Of a stretch of 64,000 nt of DNA, positions 1 through 19,514 are shown one piece after another. The position numbers were made by a program, and so were the translations under genes. This stretch comes from the human T2T-CHM13v2.0 reference genome, Homo sapiens: the NCBI RefSeq assembly GCF_009914755.1, contig NC_060926.1; one strand, given 5' to 3'. Position 1 is the first letter of the stretch; every line of letters starts with the position of its first letter. The notes under the pieces were generated by a model. The model made no database searches. It had not been told where the DNA came from and saw only the letters and a program-made list of their open reading frames with translations.

Positions 1-619
<619 letters not shown>

Positions 620-971
620 AGATAAGTAATTTTCTATAAACTTATCAAATGTCCTCCTTTGGCTGTGGCTATCATCAATTTTTTTCATATCTAGGCTAAC
701 AATATCTCCAAAATGGAACAGCCTTCACCTTCATCTGGGTATGAGGGTAAAACAAGAGACTTTAAAGCAGTTTTAACTGGAAAAAGATTAAACAGTAAAC
801 GGCCATTTTCAACCTTTTATGTAGACCAGTAATAAGCATCAAAGTATGAAGACATCTAATGCTTAATCAATGACTGAAGCCTCAGTTTCATAGCTTCTGA
901 GCTATAATCAATGAGATAATAACTAACAAGAACGATTATGACCAATTATTTCCTTTTGTAGATTAGCATAC

Positions 972-1037
972 CTTTTGTAAAGAAATATGCTCTGGTACCA
1001 TCTCCTCGAACATAAAAATTTTCAGATAAACAATGTC
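972..1037 (-). CDS. METTL8: METTL8 coding exon (66 nt, symmetric phase 1-1)
   Basis: tttcAG|GA CAT TGT...ACA AAA G|GTATGC; (G)[21 protein letters not shown]; YVRGDGT family motif. Confidence 0.96.
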
Positions 1038-1172
1038 CTGAAAAAAATTGTGAAAAGAGAAACTCTTAAGGGTATTCCTTTAAAAAAAAACAACTAAATA
1101 CTTTGATGTGAAATATAAACAAGGCATTCTTTAGAACATTTAAAAATAACCTCAAACTGAATATACTATTAC

Positions 1173-1279
1173 CCTTTTTAAAACGAAGCTGAGTCTTATC
1201 ATATCTTCCATAGTCTCGAAATAACAGCATTCCCCCAGGTTTCAGTAACTTGGACAGTCGGTTTACAACACCTTGCATC
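1173..1279 (-). CDS. METTL8: METTL8 coding exon (107 nt)
   Basis: ttccaaAG|G ATG CAA...AAA AAG G|GTAATA; [35 protein letters not shown]; LKPGG and FRDYG motifs. Confidence 0.96.
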
Positions 1280-3576
1280 CTTTGGAAACAAAGTATTAAA
1301 AAGATACCCAGTTTGTAGAAATCTTGTTTTATATGCTGGATTTAACTTTGTTGAAGACAAAATAAGAAAAGCTTGATAAGGCCAAAGAAATCTAAACCAT
1401 AAACATAAGGGTAACAAAAATAAAAATATTTTGTAAAGAAGAAAAAACCAAAACCAACTTGCTAAATGACTAGATTCAAAAGTCCTAGAGTATCAAGAAA
1501 TCACCCAAATGATCAGAGTGGTAACTTCACAGAGCTTGACGTATGATGTCAAAGCTAAACTTCAAAACCACAGATGTTTCCTGGTACTTACAGAAAATTA
1601 AGGTAGTTCTGAGATAGACAACAATGGAGTGTGCTTCATTTTCCTTGCAAGATAAAAAATATGCCAAAGCCATCCCAAGTTGTACATATCTAAAGAGGGA
1701 ATATCTTTCCTCCAAAACGAGCTCATTCTCCTTTTCTTTATTTAGTTCGGAGGTACCACCATTTACCTCATGAAAGAGAAATTATTTTTCTTCCACTGTC
1801 CTCTCCATGTGGCCATAAAATTCTATGTCCTCTTTAATTTTTATTTTTAATGACATCTTTGATATTTCCTGTCTTTTTTGTTTCCCATTTGTACTCCCTT
1901 AGTACCAACCCCTATCTCCTTAGGCCTGGAAACAAATCTGCTTCCTAACACGCTGTATTATTCTCCCTGTCAATCCTTCCTGCATGTTATCGATGAATAA
2001 TTCTGCTTAAAATGATAATTTTGTCAAATCATCTCCTTGCTCAAAAACTTTCATGATTTTAATCCATAGGATAAAATTTCAATTTCTTAGTTGAGCTCTT
2101 AAGATCTCCTACTACTGACCCCAATTAATCTTACCAACAGCTTTCCAATCTGAAGCAGCTCCCCTAGCCAAACTGTCATGCTTGGCCCTGAGCAGCCTCT
2201 GCCTTTGCTCACATGGTTTTTCCTCAAAGAATTCTCTCCTCCTTACTGTCTGCCTATTTAAATTTTATTCACATTCCAAGCCCTAGTTCAACAGCAGGGA
2301 GCCTTTGCTTTTCTCCTTTACTGTTTATTCTACTTATTTGGCTTCCAGTCAAATACAATCCCTTATAGCTGCTCTTGATTTAGTGTTTTTGGCTAAGTGT
2401 TCATGGCTTTATGTGTGATTATGGGCCAGGGATGGCATAGATTTCAGATCTCATATTAATTCTGAGTGACAGCATCGGCTGCCTACAGAGCTCTGAGAAG
2501 GACTCATAAAGCTCATTGCGAGTTACCGAGTACAAAATCGATTATCAATGTCTGCCATGGGCAGAGAATGGTAAATGGCAGCTTGTGTGCTAAGTCCTTG
2601 TCTCTGCCTTATCTAAGCTACTTAAAGCTGCTGAGGTTTTCTTATTTGAAAAAAATGAAAAGTTTGAATCAGATAATCTGTAAATTCCTTTCAATTAAAA
2701 CACTGTTCAGTGGAATAGTAAGGTAAAACTCAGATTATGTCATGTTATGAAGGAAGCAGATACTGAGAAAATGAAAGCAACTATAAAACAAGAAAGAAGT
2801 AGGACAAAAGGAGGTGGCATGATTAGGTGAAAAGTCCTTTTAAAAAAACTAGCACATAAGGACATAAAAGAAAAAAGAAACGTATTTTTTGTTTATTTTA
2901 TTACAGGTTATTTTCATACTGTGCTTATATCATAGGCTTTGCGAATGAAAGAAAATCATATCTAAACCTTAAAATATTCACTTTCAATATAAATATTTTA
3001 CGTACATAGCAAAATCTTTCTGTAATTATTAGTAAAACAAGTATGAAACTAAAATGCAGAAAAATAAACAATCGAACACTTTAAAATGTAGCCACCTCCT
3101 CCTGCAAATTCTTTCCTCTCAGCTATCCTTTAATGTCTGGGGTTGAGGATAAAGGCAAGGAACGGGAGCTACTTTTCTTGCTCATCTCATCTTGGTTCAT
3201 AGTGCAGTTCCCGAGCCAATTCCTGAGAACTGCAGGTGGGAGTGGGCTGGGGGTGAGATGGACAAGACAGGAATGGTATGAAGCCCCTTTTCTTTCTTCA
3301 TCCTACTTGGGCCAACTCTGCTGTCTTCACTTATCTCTGGATAGAGGGAGAGGAGAAGGAAGAGATAAAAAATGTATTGACTGCCTGCTTTATGCTTGGC
3401 TCTGTAATATTTTGTATTTTCATTTCAGTGACAAGAAGGACAATTCGCTCTTCTTTTGTAGCCACCTACAATTTATTCCCATTTAAGCTGGGTCCTCCAG
3501 ACTCAAGGTCTAGCCAAATTGCTTGCCATTTGCTTATGCCTGAATTTTCCAAGCTACCAAGATGCTACTTTTCTAG

Positions 3577-4434
<858 letters not shown>

Positions 4435-5689
4435 TAACATTCAATTCAAATCATGAGAAAATACATTATCTGAACTAATTTCAAATAGTCTTTTTGTGGT
4501 TATATGTAGAATTTAGATGTTTCTTGTTATGGGTGTCAATGGGGAATCTTGTTCTCTATCCACCTCTCCATCCTTTTAACTGTTCATATAAGGAAACCAA
4601 ACACATAGATGACAACTTTCTATTAGTACCTGAACAATGCCTACAGTCTAAACAGATTAGCAGAAAGAAATAGGTTATAGAAACTGGGAGGAAACAGTAG
4701 CTTCATAAAACCTGACATACCTCACTAGGTGCTAAAGTATCTTATTTCAGATTTATTTGGAAATGGAATTTGTTCTTCTACAAGTAATCAAAGTGCTCAT
4801 TTCTGAATGGGAAGTAAAAGAACTGTAAAGGGTCCTAGTGGCCTTTTAATTGCAAAGAAATAAGCACATGGTAACTCAGTTTCTATGGAAAAGGGTCACA
4901 CTCATCAAACAAAAAGTGGTTGACGCCAAGTCTGTATCTTCCACCAGGGAACTGTGAGAACCCAATTTTAAGAAACCTTATGAAAGCACAGACCTGGTAC
5001 TTACCATATGTACCCTTTAATACATAGAAGATGGCAAGATTTAAGAAAGGTAATCATTCTAATTGCTGGTAATATCTCTTTATGTTTTCTCTCTGGAGAA
5101 AAGCTATGTTTATAGTTTTAAAACACTGTATGAAACTAAGTCATAAATATTTAAATGATGGCATCAGGCTAACCTTAGATCATAAAGGTCCAAGGATAAT
5201 CTGGCAAATCTTAATAACTCCTGATTCCCTAGTGTGCTTCTTTAGAACAAAATTTTTAAAGCCCATCAACAGGCCTGTGTGAAGCCAAACAGATCCCAAG
5301 CCCACCTCTTCATGAACATTCAGGAAGACACTACACTAAAGATGTTTGTTTCTGATCACCAAGTACAATTTCCCTCTTGGGAGTCTATTAGGTTGTTCTG
5401 AATTTGTAATTTCCTTGAAGCACTGTCACTTTTAATAGGTATGTGTCTTGCCAGAATATGCTCACTTCATTCTGACAGTGACAGAAAGCTCATTAATGAA
5501 GTAGTCTGACCAGTTTCTGTCTAAAAGTACGAAGAAAGGAAAAACTGCCTTTAAAAGGCTGTGTATTATACATAATGTTGCTCACTAAATAATAAATTCA
5601 AAAATTGTCATTTTTGCTTTGATAGTTCTGAAAACCACTACTGATAAAGGAGCTTTACACATCCACTTTGCCCTTTCGTCTTCATTTAC

Positions 5690-5829
5690 CTGTCAGGATG
5701 AATAGAAGAGAGCACAAAGACAAGGAGAATGACATCCAGGATCCCATCTGGAAAAGGGTAAGGTAAGCCATCATCACATACATCATGAACAAAGGCAAAA
5801 CACTGGGTTGCTCTGTAGGACGAGTGTGA
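5690..5829 (-). CDS. METTL8: METTL8 coding exon (140 nt)
   Basis: gacAG|TCA CAC TCG...CCT GAC AG|GTAAAT; SHSSYRATQCFAFVHDVCDDGLPYPFPDGILDVILLVFVLSSIHPD(R). Confidence 0.96.
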
Positions 5830-6203
5830 CTGTCATGATAAAGGAACAGAAAGCAAAAAGAGGACTTAGTAGACTTCCGGGATTTTTTTTTTTTTAAATA
5901 AAAAGGTCAAATTTTTAACCTTTTCTCCCAAAAGCCTTTCCTCTGTCAGTCTGAACACTTTTTTCCAATTCAGTATTGTTAGCTTATTTCAAGCTGCCCT
6001 AAAAAAATTAAGGCTAGCTCTTGGCCTTGATAACAAATATCCTTCGCAATCCCTCTTTAACTTTAAAAGTAGAGGAGGGTAGGCTTTCTGAGTTAGTAGA
6101 CAGTGTTGTTAGAGGCCTGCTCTGGGTTGCTGTTTCTGAACTTAAAGAGGTTCTGTTTGGACTACGATTATTCATGGGCAGGCATACATTCTAAATTTTG
6201 TAG

Positions 6204-8557
<2,354 letters not shown>

Positions 8558-8856
8558 TGATGAATAACTATGATAACATATAATTCACTCATTCTATGGC
8601 ACTAGGGATTTGCATTCAATTTAAGATCTATCCAAATAAGTTAAAGTATGATTAATAGGATTTTGTTATGAAAAGCTAACCAGTACTGAATCAAAGTTAA
8701 AACTCATACTGCTTGGTCTTTTCTCATCTGTCAAACATAAAAATAGCACTTTACTTCAGCATGTTCCCCTGTTTTTTTCTGATTAAATCCATATAATTGT
8801 GACTTGTAATTTGCTGGGTGTTTGAAATGTATTTGAAATGTTCTCAGTAAACACTC

Positions 8857-9112
8857 AGCACTATGTGGCTAATGGTTAAGGGCAGGGGCTTTGGAACAAG
8901 ACTGCCTAAGGTTTGAGTCTCAGCTTTACTACATAGTTGCATGACCTTGGGCTAGTTGCTTAATCTCTTCTTTAATTCAATTCCCTCATCTTTAAAAAAA
9001 GAGATAAACATGGCATCTAAGATGGTTGTTTGAAGTGAATGGATTCTTATAGCTAAAGTTTCCAGAAAGGTGCCTGATTCAGAGTAAGCACTCAATAAAT
9101 GTTAGTCATTAT
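8857..9112 (+). mobile_element. MIR SINE
   Basis: MIR core tgaccttgggctagttgcttaatctc...gtaagcactcaataaatgttag. Confidence 0.75.
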
Positions 9113-9203
9113 TATAATTGTTGTTGCTATTATTATCATCACTATTATTATTAAAGGAGATTGTTTTTGCCTTCCAGGAGCTTAAAAACTAACATAGTCC
9201 TCT

Positions 9204-9244
9204 AAAACAAAACAAAACAAAACAAAACAAAACAAAACAAAAAC
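9204..9244. repeat. (AAAAC)n microsatellite
   Basis: Direct reading. Confidence 0.95.
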
Positions 9245-10500
9245 CAAAAAACTTCCATATAGTTCAAAATGCTTTTCTGGACACTGGTATGTCTAGCTCA
9301 TTATAAAAGGTCTGCAGTCTACCTTTGGGCAGTAGTTACCACATACCCATAAGATATAGAACAGTCTACGAGCTAAAGGAAAGCATGTGCCATATGCCAT
9401 GTGTCCTGCCACGGTGGCAGCATGACCTCTAAGATGGAATTCCCACTGTATCAGCAGCCCAAGGTGATGTCTTGTGACCACCCAGTGACTTTCCAGAACC
9501 TTTCTGTAAAATCAGCTGACTACCTTGGCTCTTCTCCCAGCAAACAGGTGTAAATATCACTACTACCACCACACCACCAAGCACTCTCTTGGCAGGGGTC
9601 TATGAATTAAATGATCCTTGGAGAATGATATGACCTCTCCATTTCAGAGGTCTAATTATGGTAAAATATTCTGAAAATGTAAAACATTAATCCTACACTC
9701 TCTAAAAGTAGTAAAACATAATTTCTTAAGCAGAAAAAAAAAGTCTAATAATTCCTTTGGAAGGCTAATCACTGGTTGCCTTTAAAAGATGAATTAATTA
9801 TCTGAGGTTATTGAGCTACAGTAATTTCTAAAACATAGGTATGAGGCAAAGAAAGACAGAGCTAAGAAGAAAGAGTTAGGGAGTGAGGAACCAAGAGCTT
9901 GCAATTATAAGCTGAAGGGAGAAGCAGAGGTGAAAAATACAACTAGCAAGTGGGGGAATGAGAGATATTAATCAGGCAATATGTATTGAGCTCCAACTAA
10001 GCTGTACTGTTAGGCAACCTGGGAAATCAGATTAGGATAAAATATGCCCTCTACCTTAAGGAATATAAAAAGTGGTCGGAGAGACAAGGCATAAATAAAT
10101 GACATGCTAAATAATACCTTGAGATCAGTCATAAAGTAACACACAATCAACTGCCAATGTAGTGTATTTACGTGTATTATAAGCTCAGAGACCACTGGGG
10201 TAAAGGAATATGGCTATGTGACATAAGCAAGTTTGAAATTTCAGCCCAGAAACTAGAAAAAGGAAAACAAAACTAACAAAGACACAAACAGAAAGGACAT
10301 TCAGAACTGTAAATTTACCAGCATCACCCAGGCCTGGCCACATTAACTGGTTATTAAATGATAGTAGGAAACTACTCACTATTCATTATGTTAGGTTTAT
10401 AATAATATTAGAGAGTATACTGAGTTTTGGGAGATATATCCTGAATAATCAAGGATAAAGTATCATGATGTTGGCATTATATTGGTAATTGTTGAATTGA

Positions 10501-12295
<1,795 letters not shown>

Positions 12296-12582
12296 CTGCT
12301 TCCTCTTTTCTTATTCTCTCATCCATATACACATAAGCTTAAAAAATTACTTCAAAACAATGATGGACAACCCATGGCTACGAAACACTATTTTCAGAGT
12401 AATTCCCAGTTCACATGAAAGTAGACATTGAGATTAAGACATTTCTTTTGAAATTTGCTTGAGCCATTGTTCATATAAGAATTAGAAACACTACTGGCAT
12501 ACACGTGACAATATTTTCCCAGAATTTCTCAACATTCCATAAATATGTAAAATTCTGTAGAAAGAAAACTCTTAAAACTCAC

Positions 12583-12632
12583 TCCAAAGTGTTCAAAATT
12601 GGAAACACACTATTTCCAGCTCCACAACCAAC
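12583..12632 (-). CDS. METTL8: METTL8 coding exon (50 nt), SAM-binding motif I
   Basis: tttAG|GTT GGT TGT GGA GCT GGA AAT...TTG GA|GTGAGT; VGCGAGNSVFPILNTL(E) completes ILEVGCGAG. Confidence 0.97.
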
Positions 12633-14313
12633 CTAAAATCAAAAGAACAAGCAAATATCAAAAAAAGCAAGGTTAAATTTTTGTCACCAATGTCAGATCT
12701 CCTATTAAAGAAAAAAACAATTAGACTTACTGGATCTCTGGGCACAGGATAATTTTCTAAACTCAAAAGCAATGAAATAAATCACAGGAATAAACACTAA
12801 GAAATCTGACTATGGAAACATTTAAATTTTTTACACACCAAAACCCAAAATAAACCAAATTTAAAAATAACCAATACGCTGTGAAGAAAACTGCAATGAA
12901 TATGATAAAGGGCAAGGCTCATTAGGAAAAAAAAAAAAACAGATAAGCAGAGAAAATAAATGGACAGAACAAAAAAGAAGTACAAATGATTCTAAACATT
13001 TGAAGTATGTGACCTACTTAGTCATCAAAGAAACGCATATTAAAACAAGGTACAATTTTTGTCTAACAAAGTGGAAAACATTAAAATAATACTTCAATCA
13101 ATGAGGGTGTGATGAAACAGACATACACTGTCATGGAATGGTATTAGTACAACTTCTTAGAAAGCAAGTGGGCAATATGTTTTAAAAGTATTAAAAATCT
13201 TCATAAATTATGAACTAGAAAATCTAACCTAAAACAATAAAAGAAAATGCAGGTAAAGGCTATACCCAAAATGTTTGCTTCAGAAAATCTGAAAACAATT
13301 AAAATGCCCAGTAGTGTGAAAATAGATAAGTAAAATTATAGTACTCCACATAGTAAAATATTTTGTAGCCATCAAAATATTTACAGAGAATTTTTAAAGA
13401 TAGTGAAAACTGCTTATGATGCCATGTTAAATAGAAACAAACAAAACTTAGAATACATGTACAGTAATAAAAGAAGAAAAAGGTCAGCCAGGCACAGTGG
13501 CTCATGCCTGTAATCCCAGCACTTTAGGAGGCTGAGGCGGGCGGATCACCTGAGGCCAGGAGTTCAAAACCAGCCTGGCCAACGTGGCGAAACCCTGTCT
13601 CTACTAAAAATACAAAAAAATTAGCTGGGTGTGGTGGCAGGCGCCTGTAATCCCAGCTACTCAGGAGACTGAGGCAGGAGAATTGCTTGAACCCGGGAGG
13701 CAGAAGCTGCAGTGAGCTGAGATGGCGCCACTATACTCTAGCCCGGGCAACAAGAACAAAAGTCTGTCTCAAAAAAAAAAAAAAAAGAAGAAAAAGGTCA
13801 CTAAAATGTTAACAGTGGTGAAATCCTTTGTTTGTAGGATTGGTGATAAATTATCTCCTTGTTAGCAAATTTTCTATAATCAATATACATTGCCTTTAAA
13901 ATAAGAAAGACAGGGTTTAGTTTTAAAAATAGAAAACCAAGGTCTACACCAGATTATAGCAAATTATATATCTCACTTATTTCTATTTCATCTAAAAAGG
14001 GGTAATAACAAAGAGAGTAAAAATTAAGGCCAAAGCTTCACTGGTACTTAAAACTGCCCTCAGATTAAAATGAAAACAGACAATTTTTTTTTTTTTAAAA
14101 ACCAGCAAAACCAGATTTAAACCACAAACTTAAAACTTGACTGATTAAAGACATGAGTCCCTTAAATATTATTTATGCACAGAAGTACACTGAATGCTTA
14201 TTTACATTTGATAGTTTTCCACCAAAAAAAATCTGGATTTTTAATAAAATAATACAGAATGTACATTTTCAAATTATTTGTCACCTCCCATTTTTGTCCC
14301 TTGAGCACAATAC

Positions 14314-14684
14314 CTCTAGTATCCTGAAAGTGGCATTGCTACCAGGAAACAATCCAGTCTCCATAGGTCCTTTTTTGTGTTTTTCAGAGTCTAGGTTGGA
14401 AAAATCAGATTCTGTTTTGCTTTGACCTTCTGAAGAACCAGAACTTTTCTCATAATGATTTTTTTCATCAGGCACAGTAGGACAGTGCATTCTTGAGAAA
14501 CGATTTGTAGCACTAGTTTTTACATGATCCCATGATGATTCTCTCGCCTTCTCTTCAGGTTTTTGATCAACTGGAAGAATTTCAGGAAATTCCCTCAACA
14601 GCCAATTACGATCCTTGAAAAACTTATTCTTATGAATCTTGTAAAATGTGTCCCAGTATTTACTAGCTTCTCTCTCATACTTAA
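14314..14684 (-). CDS. METTL8: METTL8 coding exon (371 nt, probably exon 4)
   Basis: tttAG|TT AAG TAT GAG...CTA GAG|GTATTG; encodes KYEREASKYWDTFYKIHKNKFFKDRNWLLREFPEIL...FRILE; FFKDRxWLxxEF is the METTL2/6/8 (Trm140) family motif. Confidence 0.97.
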
Positions 14685-15221
14685 CTAAAATAAAGAGGAA
14701 AAAGAAAGATTTATTTTACTACGAATTATATTTACTATTAGCTACTGTCTTGATAATTGTTAAACATATACATTATCATTTATAACAATTATATTTACAA
14801 ATGAATAACTTTAATATTATAATATTTTAATCTATCTGATAAAAGGTTGAAACTACAGAGCTTTAATTCTCTCAAAATGTGTCAAAATGTGGGATATTTA
14901 GTCCTACCCCTGTGAATCTGCTTTTATCTTAATAGTTTAGCCAATTTTTGTGAGAAATATAATCACTGCAAACAACTTTCTAATTTTATCTTAACAATCA
15001 CATTGTTACCAATAAGCTGTGTGGTTTTTTATTATCTTAAAGAAAGGTCCAGGCGCGGTGGCTCATGCCTGTAATCCCAGCACTTTGGGAGGCTGAAGCG
15101 GGTGGATCACGAGGTCAGGAGTTCGAGACCAGCCTGGCCAACATAGTGAAACCCCATCTCTACTAAAAATACAAAAAGTTAGCCGGAGGTGGTGGCAGGT
15201 GCCTGTAATTCCAGCTACTCA

Positions 15222-15326
<105 letters not shown>

Positions 15327-16350
15327 TCAAAAAAAAAAAAAAGAATGAGGGCTGGGCACGGTGGCTCATACCTGTAATCCCAGCACTTTGGGAGGATGAG
15401 GCAGATGGACACTTGAGGTAAGGAGTTCAAGACCAGCCTGGCCAACATGTTGAAACTCCATCTCTACTAAAAAAATAAAAATTAGCTGGGTGTGGTGGCA
15501 GACACCTGTAATCGCGGCTCCTCAGGAGGCTGAGGCAGGAGAAATGCTTGAACCCGGGAGGAGAAATTTGCAGTGAGCAGAGAACACGCCATTGCACTCC
15601 AGCCTGGGCAACAGAGTGAGTTGTCTCAAAAAAAAAAAAAAAAAAAAAAAGAGCCTGGAGCAGTGAGACAGAGTGAGACCCTGTCTCAAAAATTAATAAA
15701 TAAACAAATAAAAGAAAGGACACCTTATTTTTAATGTATTTACAAATACAATTTCAGCATAAATGCAAATTGGTGATCAGACAGGAAATTTCAAAATTAT
15801 AAACAACATAATTTAAGAGCTAAAAGGGTCCATTGGAACAATTTACTCCAACCTCCCTTTTTGCATTTGAAGAAAGGACCTAAATCCACTTGTTCCAAGT
15901 CCTAGAGCCCCATCACAGTGAATCCATGGCCATGTCTCCTGACTTTTGGAATCTGGAGGCCATCCCGTAACTCCATTCTTCCCCCAACCTCCAAGGCATC
16001 TCTTCCTACTGACATCTCCCAAGATGAAGCCTTAAAGAAAATTTCTGATGCTCTTAAAACAAATATGCATTTTATGATGTCATCCTGTGGTCAGGGTTAG
16101 GTCAATAGTCTCAGAGCTTCAGGTAATTCTTCGCTTTCTGCCTCTTCCTATTTGCTCCTTAAATTAATAAAGTAAGGGCCGGGCACGATGGCTCATGCCT
16201 GTAATCCCAGCACTTTGGGAGGCCGAGGCGGGCGGATCACGAGGTCAGGAGTTCAAGACCAGCCTGACCAACATGGTGAAACCCCATCTCTACTAAAAAT
16301 ACAAAAATTAGCCAGGTGTGGTGGCAGGCGCCTGTAATCCCAGCTACTCA

Positions 16351-16500
<150 letters not shown>

Positions 16501-16961
16501 TTATTCAACAAACATGTCTTTTATTTATTTATTTATTTTATATTTTTAGTAGAGACAGGGTTTCACCATGTGGGCCAAGCTGGTCTCAAACTCCTGACCT
16601 CAAGTGATCTGCCTGCCTCCACCTCCCAAAGTGCTGGGATTACAGGCGTGAGCTACTGCGCCTGGCACGTTCCTTTTTTTTCCCTTTTTTTTTTTCCGTG
16701 TTCTTGGGCAGTGCTACAGGCAGTAACAATTTCTTGAGTGCTATTATGTAATAGGCCTAATCCACGCATTAGGAATTACTTTAACCTACTGTAGACGCAT
16801 GCCATTTTAAAAGTGCAAAAGCTTTCTTTCTAGGAATACAGAATAATTTCCAAGATTTGGTGTTAGGTGAAAAAGCAAGGTATATAACAGTGTCTATATT
16901 CTGTAACCACTCATTAAAATAAGAAGAAAATACGCATGTATGGTTACATAGAAATATTCAT

Positions 16962-16963
<2 letters not shown>

Positions 16964-16997
<34 letters not shown>
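16964..16997. repeat. (AC)17 microsatellite
   Basis: Direct reading. Confidence 0.95.
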
Positions 16998-17000
<3 letters not shown>

Positions 17001-18269
17001 TAGAAGGTACAAAATACTTCTAGAAGGATAATCACATAATCAGTAATACTGGTTGCCTCTAGGGAGAGGAAAGGAGTGGCTGGGGACCACAGTTGGAAGG
17101 AGAATTTTCATTTGAATTTTGATCCATGTGAATTTACTATACATTCCAAAAATAAATTAAACTAAAAATAAAAATAAGAGATGCATTTCCTTCACAATTT
17201 TAAAGAAGCCCCTACTCTCAGAACAAGCAGTTGCCTGTAATCAGGTTCATCTTTGTTACAGAACCCTGTCCTGAGGCCCTTATAATTTTCTTCTTTCCAA
17301 TTTTATCTTTATGGCCTTGTACCGTGGATCTCCACCCATCTGGCCACAAGACTTCCTTCCCATCAAGGCTGAATTGTATCTGGCAGCAGGAATGCTATAA
17401 AGACTGAAACTCCCATCTGTATTTAAGGTCTGAGAAATGAAAGTGGATCTTTGTAACAAAAGAATTATGTGATATTAAGTCCAAAACATACTCACCTCTG
17501 CACTAATGGAAAGAAACCTATTTATGGTTGATCTGAAACTATATATTTGTCTTTTAAATATTTCTATCTCTATTTTCCTTCTTTTTCAATAATTTTGGTG
17601 TATCTCCACTTTTAAAAATTGGAGTGTGCCTGATATACTATGTAAGAAAACAAAATGACACTCTGAAAATCAGACTCAGGAGAAATTATAAAAGAGTCAA
17701 ATTTCTCCAGGGTCTTCTCAAGCTTTCTCTTCTTCCTTTACCTTAAAAAAAAAAACTCTCTTTGTAACTCATTCCATGCAGGTAAAAGATTTTCTGCCTA
17801 ACAAAAAGCAGCCATCTAAGAAGACTTATATTTAGTGAAATCTCTAGTATTTGAGTTTACAATATCAAGCTACTTGTGAAGTGTGTTTGAGCCCAATTAC
17901 CAGTAACTAGAATGTACTGTAATACTACTATATCTTGATTAATTTGTGGGAATATTCCTCTAGGAATTAAGTGGGGTGGGGGAAGTACAGGGGAGTAACC
18001 TAATAAAAGATGTGCATAGCGGCCAGGCGAGGTGGCTCATGCCTGTAATCCCAACATTGGAAGGCCCAGGCAGGAGGACCACTTGAGGCTAGGAATTCAA
18101 GATGAGCCTGGACAACAAAGCAAGACCCTGTCTCTACTTAAAAAAAAAATGTGTGTATAGCAGTTCTATTTATATTAGGAAAAAGTGGGGAAAACTCAAA
18201 TGCCCAACAACATGGGAATGAGCAAGCAAACCATGCAGTTCAAACAGGGTAACCTTATGTAGCAATTTA

Positions 18270-18671
<402 letters not shown>

Positions 18672-19264
18672 TTATTTTATAGTCATTCATAACAATAAGT
18701 TGAAAATTTGAAGCAATGATAACAATTTAATCATTATTAGGTAGCTCTTTCTTTTGCAAAGCTGTATCTACTTCTTACACAAAGATTAAAGAATCTTAGC
18801 TGAATTCTTCATTCAAATTGCCTACAGAATTTCCTCATTTGATGAAAGGTTTGAATTAGAGTAGTATCTCTAAAGTCTGTTTAAGCTCTAAAAATTCTGT
18901 GTACTTTCCTATTAAGCGCCATGAATTTATGGAGAACATTAAACATTATCAGTTCTACAGACTACAAAATCTTGGATCAGATTGCCGTTTTAAACATGAG
19001 TCTGTACTACTGTTTTAATTTTTACAATTTAAAGAGAAAATGAATCTGTAGTGACGTGACTGCAATCTGGTTCAGAAACCAAACATGTCAAGCATCTAAA
19101 TTCAACTCTAGCCTATGTAATATTAGAAGGCAATAGTCAGGGTTTGCTAATATACCTATTTTCAAGCCTTTTCCAACTATTTCCCACTCAGGAATTAGGA
19201 GAAAAGAAATCAGATAATTACATAAATTATACCAATAATAGTAGCATTAAAAATGACAAGAATA

Positions 19265-19514
19265 ACACATATTACGTGTTTATTATGGGCTACGCACTAT
19301 GTCAAATGCTTTACTTGGATTTTTCCCCCATTTAATCCTAGCAGTATCTCTCAGATAGATTTTATTATTCCAATTTGCAGAGAAAGAAATTCAATGTCAG
19401 AGGAAATAAAGAATTTCCCCAAGGTCACCCAGCCAGAAAGAACAGAGTCAAGACCTAGCCTAAGTCTGCTAAACTCTAAAGCCCACGCTCTCACCCATTA
19501 CACTACACTGCCTC
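19265..19514 (-). mobile_element. MIR SINE
   Basis: cccaaggtcacccagcc...aaagcccacgctctcacccattacactacactgcctc. Confidence 0.7.

Noticed and set aside
1066-1278. Stand-alone 70-aa ORF; likewise 14281-14598
   Set aside because: METTL8 exons read through their splice donors into intron
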